Source: Nitrosopumilaceae archaeon (GTDB lineage Archaea > Thermoproteota > Nitrososphaeria > Nitrososphaerales > Nitrosopumilaceae). From it: a stretch of DNA of 64,000 nucleotides. The DNA lies in the NCBI GenBank assembly GCA_965203465.1, contig CBDBCR010000001.1:736001-800000 (forward strand), given 5' to 3'. A program made the position numbers and the translations under genes. The first letter of the stretch is position 1. Each line of letters begins with the position of its first letter. The notes below the pieces were generated by a model that saw nothing but the letters and a program-made list of their open reading frames with translations, made no database searches and was not told the origin of the DNA. Below are positions 58,711 to 64,000 of this stretch, in pieces.

Positions 58711-59520
58711 GTGCCTTTCGAGTTTCGGCCCCTCGAGATACCCGACGTGATATTGGTGGAGCCCAAGGCTTTCGGCGACGGCAGGGGGTTCTTTATGGAG
58801 ACGTACAAGGCTTCGGCTTTTGCGGACGGCGGGATACGGCGGCCCTTCGTTCAGGACAACTATTCGAGATCGGGGCGCGGCGTGCTGCGCGGCCTGCACT
58901 ACCAGAAAGAGCCGGCGGCCCAGGCAAAGCTGGTCTCGGTGGTGCGGGGGGAGATATTCGACGTGGCAGTGGACATACGGGCCGGCTCGCCCACGTACGG
59001 CAGGTGGGTGGGCCAGACGCTCTCCGAAGAGAACCGCCGCATGCTGTACGTGCCGCGCGGGTTCGCCCACGGGTTCTGCGTGACCGGCGAGGGGGCCGAC
59101 GTGCACTACAAGGTGGACAATGAATATTCTCCAGAGCACGACAGGGGGATAGCCTGGGACGATCCCGAGATCGGCATACGGTGGCCCGTCTCGGAGCCAG
59201 AGCTGTCCGGGAAGGATTCGGGCCACCCCGGGCTTGCCGGCGCGGACAACGAGTTCCGGTACGCGCCGCCGGGCGGCCTTGCGGGCCGGATCATCGAAGA
59301 GATAGAGGGCGTCGTAAAGGGCGACCACGCCGATTGGCGCGTCGGGATAGCCAAGGATCCGGAGCGGCGCCGGAAGGAGCTCGGCGAGCCGGATACTTGG
59401 CGGGCGTGGGACGCGGGGACCGAGGATGAGGCGCGCGCCATAGAGTGGCACTTTTTGGACAGGCGCATGCGCTCGGATCCGGGCGGGGGCGCCGGCTCGA
59501 GGCACGTGTACGTCTTTTAG
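58711..59520 (+). CDS. rmlC: dTDP-4-dehydrorhamnose 3,5-epimerase with a C-terminal extra domain
   Basis: FGDGRGFFME, QDNYS, VLRGLHYQ, FDVAVDIR, GFAHGF and IAWDDP; an extension of about 80 aa follows. Confidence 0.9.
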   Translation: MPFEFRPLEIPDVILVEPKAFGDGRGFFMETYKASAFADGGIRRPFVQDNYSRSGRGVLRGLHYQKEPAAQAKLVSVVRGEIFDVAVDIRAGSPTYGRWVGQTLSEENRRMLYVPRGFAHGFCVTGEGADVHYKVDNEYSPEHDRGIAWDDPEIGIRWPVSEPELSGKDSGHPGLAGADNEFRYAPPGGLAGRIIEEIEGVVKGDHADWRVGIAKDPERRRKELGEPDTWRAWDAGTEDEARAIEWHFLDRRMRSDPGGGAGSRHVYVF

Positions 59521-59954
59521 CGGGCAGATCCATGTGCGCGCGGGGATCCAAGCAGGCATTCGGGCGCTTTTTGAAGGGCGGCCAAGACGCTCTCGCACCG
59601 TGCACCGGATCGCGCGCGGCGGAGATGGTAGCGTCTGCCCGTAACCATTTGGTGCGCCCACTCCCGGTCGACGGTGTCTTGTAGTTGGCCCAAAAGTGTC
59701 CGAGCAGCTGGTGGATCTACGATAGCAGACGCGACCAAAGGAGGACAGAAGAGGCACCGCCAAGACACACCCACCGAATGCTGCTGAGCGCGTCCGTACA
59801 GGGCGTACTCTGCAGATCCGCCGGTTCGTGTCGAACACGATTGAGCGTGCGCATGCTGCCGCGCTGTGGATAAGGACAGAGTTTCGGAGGATTACGCGCG
59901 GCTTCCGGCTGACGCGCCGGGTGGCCTTGACCGGTTCGACGCAAAGCGCGTTTC

Positions 59955-60635
59955 TTACGGCCGCCTCGTCTTCTTGACGCATTCTTCAATGTCTTTGAAA
60001 AATTGGTCCGAATCGTATGCAAGATATTCGTAATGAGCCAATCCCTCCAAACCGCCGCAGATCTTTCTTGCCTTTGCCTTGTTCTTGGCATATGCGCCCT
60101 CGATGACCCTGATCAAATCCTGGGATTTGTCGCGATATACGTAAAACAACACATGCGGCAGAAGGTGCCCAGTTTGAGCTTCGAGAATCCACGCCTCTAC
60201 GAACGGGAGTATCTTTTCCAAGTTCCCTCCACCTATTTTTCTAAAAAGACTCTCCAGATTGCTCCCAATGGCATAGCTGTCTTTGATCAGTTGCTTTCCG
60301 ATCTCCATGCATTCGAGTGGATATTCTGGCGCGCAAAGCGAAAGTGTTGCGGCAATGTACTCTTTGACGAGGTGGTTTTTCGTCTTGTACAGCCACCCAC
60401 ATATCTGTACGGCGCATTTAGGATCCCGTCTGGACATGAGCGCGAGGTGATCCCTCACGTATCCTGCGATGCGCGGATCGTCCGTTTCGATCAGGTTCAG
60501 AATCTGCTCTCGCACCGTTGAAGATCCTTCCGACTTTTCGAACAGCGAGCGTATTGCGGCTTTTCTGCCCGGCAGTGTGCTAGACTCCGACAGTAGGGTC
60601 GCGAGATCTGGGTCTTTTAGATCCTCGGGTTTCAA
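59955..60635 (-). CDS. Hypothetical HEAT/ARM-like helical protein (possibly truncated)
   Basis: 226-aa AT-richer ORF with amphipathic helices; TTTATAA about 23 nt upstream of the TTG. Confidence 0.5.
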   Translation of the reverse strand: MKPEDLKDPDLATLLSESSTLPGRKAAIRSLFEKSEGSSTVREQILNLIETDDPRIAGYVRDHLALMSRRDPKCAVQICGWLYKTKNHLVKEYIAATLSLCAPEYPLECMEIGKQLIKDSYAIGSNLESLFRKIGGGNLEKILPFVEAWILEAQTGHLLPHVLFYVYRDKSQDLIRVIEGAYAKNKAKARKICGGLEGLAHYEYLAYDSDQFFKDIEECVKKTRRP

Positions 60636-61016
60636 TTATGCGGCTGTACGTGTGCATGTTATAAACACATCTCCTCGACCGACACGCTTCTACAGGTAAC
60701 TCAAAAGTTCCGCCGACGGGATGACAATTGCCGATCGCAGACGCGTACAGGCAGGTCGAAACGGCAGTACCCGAAAGGCGAGTACATCCGCCTGCGCGCA
60801 TTTGGGCGGCCTCTGCTTGGCCGCTGCTGCGATCGGAAAACCGGCCACGCAACCAAGGCATAAATGGCCAGAGCGTGGCGAAAACGCTTGGATGAAAAAC
60901 GCGCACGCTTGGGCGCGTTCGGGACTCGGCGCCGGTGCCACATTGCAGCAGACGCAGGGCCTCGCGGCGGCCTTCAGCCGCGCGAGGCGTCCCGGCGTTC
61001 GCTGGAGTTCTGAGGC

Positions 61017-61871
61017 ATGGCCGACGAGAGCCCCCGCTCCGATGCCGAGTGGTACCGAGTGGTCGCCGGAAAAAGCAGCGAGGCAGAAGACTATTTCCAA
61101 AAGTACGAAGAATACGGCAAAATACTCGAAGCGCTCGGATTCCAATACGGGCTTTTGGACAGCGCTTCGTATCTGCATTTTTACTACAAAAACAAAAAGA
61201 CCATAAACGTCCCGAACTATGGGCCGATAACAGTCGAAGCCAACCTCACTCCTCCGCGTCGCGCAAGCATGGCGTACACCAGCTATGTCAAGAATTTCTT
61301 CCGCCTGTGGAGCATACACAAATCCATCCTCGCGGGCATGCCGTACGTGCACCACGTATTCCGCGTCCTCGGCGAATCCGTGCTCGGCCAGTATTACATA
61401 GCCTGCTATGCAGACGAATTCAACAAAAAGACCGATCAGTTCATAGAGTGCGTCGAGAACGAATCCAGTTCGTCCGAACGCGTTTTGCATAGCACGCTGC
61501 ACAGGTGCCACAACGCCCATCTTGGAATAAAGCCGGTTTATCTGAGAAAAAAGCTGTACACCCCGCAAAAGGCGTCCAGAATGGGCAAGTTGTATTCTGC
61601 CTGGAGCGCCGAAGACGTCCATTTCAACCCGCGCGTGTGGCGCGACGAAGATCCCGAAGAGACGCTGTACGACATGTGGGCTTTTCTGAGCTTTTCCGTG
61701 CACAACGTAGTCTCGTTTGTGGAAACCTACAAGACAGTCGCGTCCAAAGAGACGATCGAGGACACAGTGGGCCCGTTCATGGAAAAGTTCAGGTACATGC
61801 TGACCGACTTTGAGCCGGATTTGATCCCAGACGTGCCCGAGCACGACTTTCTGTGGTCGCTTGGCCGCTAG
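61017..61871 (+). CDS. Hypothetical protein, DUF5677/HEPN-like
   Basis: VFRVLGES...LYSAWSAEDVHFNP, a pattern similar to 23566-24516. Confidence 0.5.
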   Translation: MADESPRSDAEWYRVVAGKSSEAEDYFQKYEEYGKILEALGFQYGLLDSASYLHFYYKNKKTINVPNYGPITVEANLTPPRRASMAYTSYVKNFFRLWSIHKSILAGMPYVHHVFRVLGESVLGQYYIACYADEFNKKTDQFIECVENESSSSERVLHSTLHRCHNAHLGIKPVYLRKKLYTPQKASRMGKLYSAWSAEDVHFNPRVWRDEDPEETLYDMWAFLSFSVHNVVSFVETYKTVASKETIEDTVGPFMEKFRYMLTDFEPDLIPDVPEHDFLWSLGR

Positions 61872-62138
61872 CGCGGGCCGTAGTTGAGCCCGGCGGCCGT
61901 AAAAGAGCCGCCCGGAACGCGCGCCAGGCCTGACCGGCGGACCTGCCCGCGGTCTCCAAACAGCCCCGCCGCCCGGATGCGCGGCGGCCTACCGGCTGCG
62001 CTCGGGGGGCCGACGGCTGCCGCGGGGGGCCGATCTCGAGGCGCCGGCCGGGATTTGGGCTCCCGATCTTGGCGGATCGGCCGATTGCGTACGGCTCCTC
62101 ATGTCGCAGGCACTTGCCGCGGAACGGCGCGCTTCGGC

Positions 62139-62816
62139 CTACGGCGTAAACAGCGCCAGGCAGACGGCCAGTACCATGAGGAATATGCCTCTGAGGAAAT
62201 GGCTCTGCGCGGCATCGACCCATTTGGCCTTCTTGAGCGAATGCAGCAGGCTGTTCTGGATGGCCACGAAGTGTTTGGCGGCCCACCGGAGAACGGCGCG
62301 GTCCTGCGGCAGGCTCTCGGCTAGATCGACAATCGTGGGAATGTGTTTAGGGGCCAGCTTGGTCGCTTTGTGGACAGCCAACGTCGTCATGAACAGCTCG
62401 GCCACCGCCCATGCCGTCATGGGCAACTTGATCGCCGCCCACGCCAGAAGCGGCGCCTCCGGGTTGCGCGGCCAGGCGAGCACGGCGTCGGACGCAAGCC
62501 CCAAGACGCCGAGCATAAGCGAGGCCATTATTCCGGCCCCGACGAACAGCTGCGATCCCTTGTTCTCGATGCGCTCGATTCTCCGGTCTTCGGCGGAATA
62601 CACGTTGTTGGCAATGCTCTCGATTACGGCCGGCTCCGCGCCAGATTGTTCCAAGCGGTCGCACCACTGCTCTTCTTCCGTTTGATCCTGATCTTCCCGG
62701 CCGTCGTCTGCGGGTGGCTCCCGGGCGGCAGCGTACTCGGCCGCCCGCCGGTCGATCTTTCGGTTTGCCGCCCACGCCGCCGCTATCGGCCAGACGAGTC
62801 CAAGTTTACCTACCAT
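62139..62816 (-). CDS. Small 3-TM membrane protein (Pycsar-effector/DUF5706-like topology)
   Basis: EDRRIERIENKG followed by two TMs, a loop, KKAKW and a final TM. Confidence 0.5.
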   Translation of the reverse strand: MVGKLGLVWPIAAAWAANRKIDRRAAEYAAAREPPADDGREDQDQTEEEQWCDRLEQSGAEPAVIESIANNVYSAEDRRIERIENKGSQLFVGAGIMASLMLGVLGLASDAVLAWPRNPEAPLLAWAAIKLPMTAWAVAELFMTTLAVHKATKLAPKHIPTIVDLAESLPQDRAVLRWAAKHFVAIQNSLLHSLKKAKWVDAAQSHFLRGIFLMVLAVCLALFTP

Positions 62817-63279
62817 TCCTTTCCACCAAGAGCTGCGCCGGGGCCTGTTCGGGCAGGTCGGGCCGGCGCAGCAGCCGGCCCAGCTCGCCGCCGGGGTTGA
62901 TCTCCGAATAGCCGTCTCCGCTTCGCCAAGTCCACAAAGGACGCACTCGCCTGTAACACGAACGCGGAGATTCCGCCCGAATCCATGTCGGCAGCCCGTG
63001 GCATGCGGGGCGCTTGCGGCGCGGGTTATGTAAAGACTCGGGCGGCCCCAAACGCGGCGCGGAAACCGGCCGCACAGACGCGCGTTTTTTCCGCAACAGC
63101 CGGCGCGATCCCAGATCCGCAGATCCTCGGGGGCCGGATCCGGCCGCGGCCGGCGCAGAAACGCCCGATCGCCAAGCTGGCGCCCCCTGCATCGGGCCCC
63201 CGCGCGCGGGTTTGCCCGGATCGCGTCATGGCTGCAACGTATTTTAGGCCTGCCGGACTCCGCGCTGCAGGAACCGGCC

Positions 63280-64000
63280 ATGGAGGCTCTACAGATCAGG
63301 CTGCACGACTGCTACGGGATACACTGCATGTCCCGCAGGTTCGAGCTGTCCGACACCAGGCACGTGGCCATATACGCCCCCAACGGCACGATGAAGTCGT
63401 CGCTCGCAAGGACGTTCAAGGACGCCAGCGAGGGCAGGGATTCCGAGGAAGTGGTGTGCAACAGAACCTCCAGCCGCGTGATAGAGGACGGGGACGGGAA
63501 GGCGGTGCCGCCAGACGGCATTCTGGTGATCGATCCGCTAAAGGACTCCCAGGATATCCACGCCGCGTCGCTGGGCATACTGGCCAACGAAAAGCTGCGA
63601 AGCCGATACGGGGCGGCCGTCGCGGGCCTCGTGTCTGACAAGGAAACGGTGATCAAAAAACTGGCCGGGCCGTCCGGCCTTGCCGGAAAAACCGAAGACG
63701 CGGTATTGCGCGATTTCGGCAAAGGCGGGGGCTTTACGGAATTTTTCGCCGTCCTCGAGCAGTGCCTCGATGCGCCCCCGGATGCGGATCTGTCGGACGT
63801 CAGGTACGTCGACGTGTTCAACGAAAAGGTCGTGCGGGCCCTGGAACAAGAGCACGTGAAGGAACAGCTGACTGCCTATCTGCGCAAATACAACGAGCTG
63901 GTGTCCCAGTCCGCGTATCTGAGCGCGCAGTTCGATCACGGCAGCGCGGACACGGTCAACAAGAAACTCTCCTCGACGGGGTTTTTCAAAGCCGGGCATT
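63280..64000 (+). CDS. RloC-like ABC/SMC-type ATPase (partial, runs off the window)
   Basis: Read directly from the sequence (absent from the ORF track): MEALQIRLHDCYGI..AIYAPNGTMKSSLARTF Walker A variant, followed by coiled-coil-like sequence. Confidence 0.7.
   Translation, partial: MEALQIRLHDCYGIHCMSRRFELSDTRHVAIYAPNGTMKSSLARTFKDASEGRDSEEVVCNRTSSRVIEDGDGKAVPPDGILVIDPLKDSQDIHAASLGILANEKLRSRYGAAVAGLVSDKETVIKKLAGPSGLAGKTEDAVLRDFGKGGGFTEFFAVLEQCLDAPPDADLSDVRYVDVFNEKVVRALEQEHVKEQLTAYLRKYNELVSQSAYLSAQFDHGSADTVNKKLSSTGFFKAGH

Noticed and set aside
18205-61013. Stop-codon recoding (pyrrolysine, selenocysteine or an alternative code) to explain the in-frame TAG/TGA codons
   Set aside because: TAG and TGA both terminate many intact genes here, including ATGA/GTGA overlaps. 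The lesions involve all three stop codons and no pyl or sel genes are present, so mutation or sequencing error is more likely.
1-64000. CRISPR arrays, tRNA or rRNA genes
   Set aside because: No regularly spaced repeats or tRNA/rRNA signatures were seen by eye; tRNAscan-SE was not run.

Overview
A 64-kb GC-rich archaeal accessory region. It is most likely from a Nitrosopumilaceae/Thaumarchaeota-type genome: TATA boxes sit about 21-26 nt upstream of many start codons and RmlA begins with a thaumarchaeal-style N-terminus (taxon is inference). Surface-glycan biosynthesis genes (rmlA/C/D, SDR, GT2, GT4 and GT-C glycosyltransferases, two flippase-like proteins, deacetylase, methyltransferases, type III PKS + FabG) alternate with defence-like blocks. 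The defence blocks include two paralogous DISARM-type drmA-drmB pairs with no methyltransferase or drmC in the window, a KAP NTPase, an OLD-family nuclease cassette bounded by 23-bp direct repeats, HEPN-like genes and a partial RloC-like ATPase. The best candidate for an uncharacterised system is a translationally coupled five-gene operon (7266-14235) divergent from drmAB-1. It encodes a SIS-SIS-HAD fusion, a PRTase-like protein, an ORC/CDC6-like ATPase, a possible CARF-like protein and a PfkB kinase. An intact IS66 (17-bp TIRs, 8-bp TSD) disrupts an unknown two-gene module, and several genes carry in-frame stops. No rRNA, tRNA or CRISPR array was seen. All family calls come from motif reading; no database searches were run.
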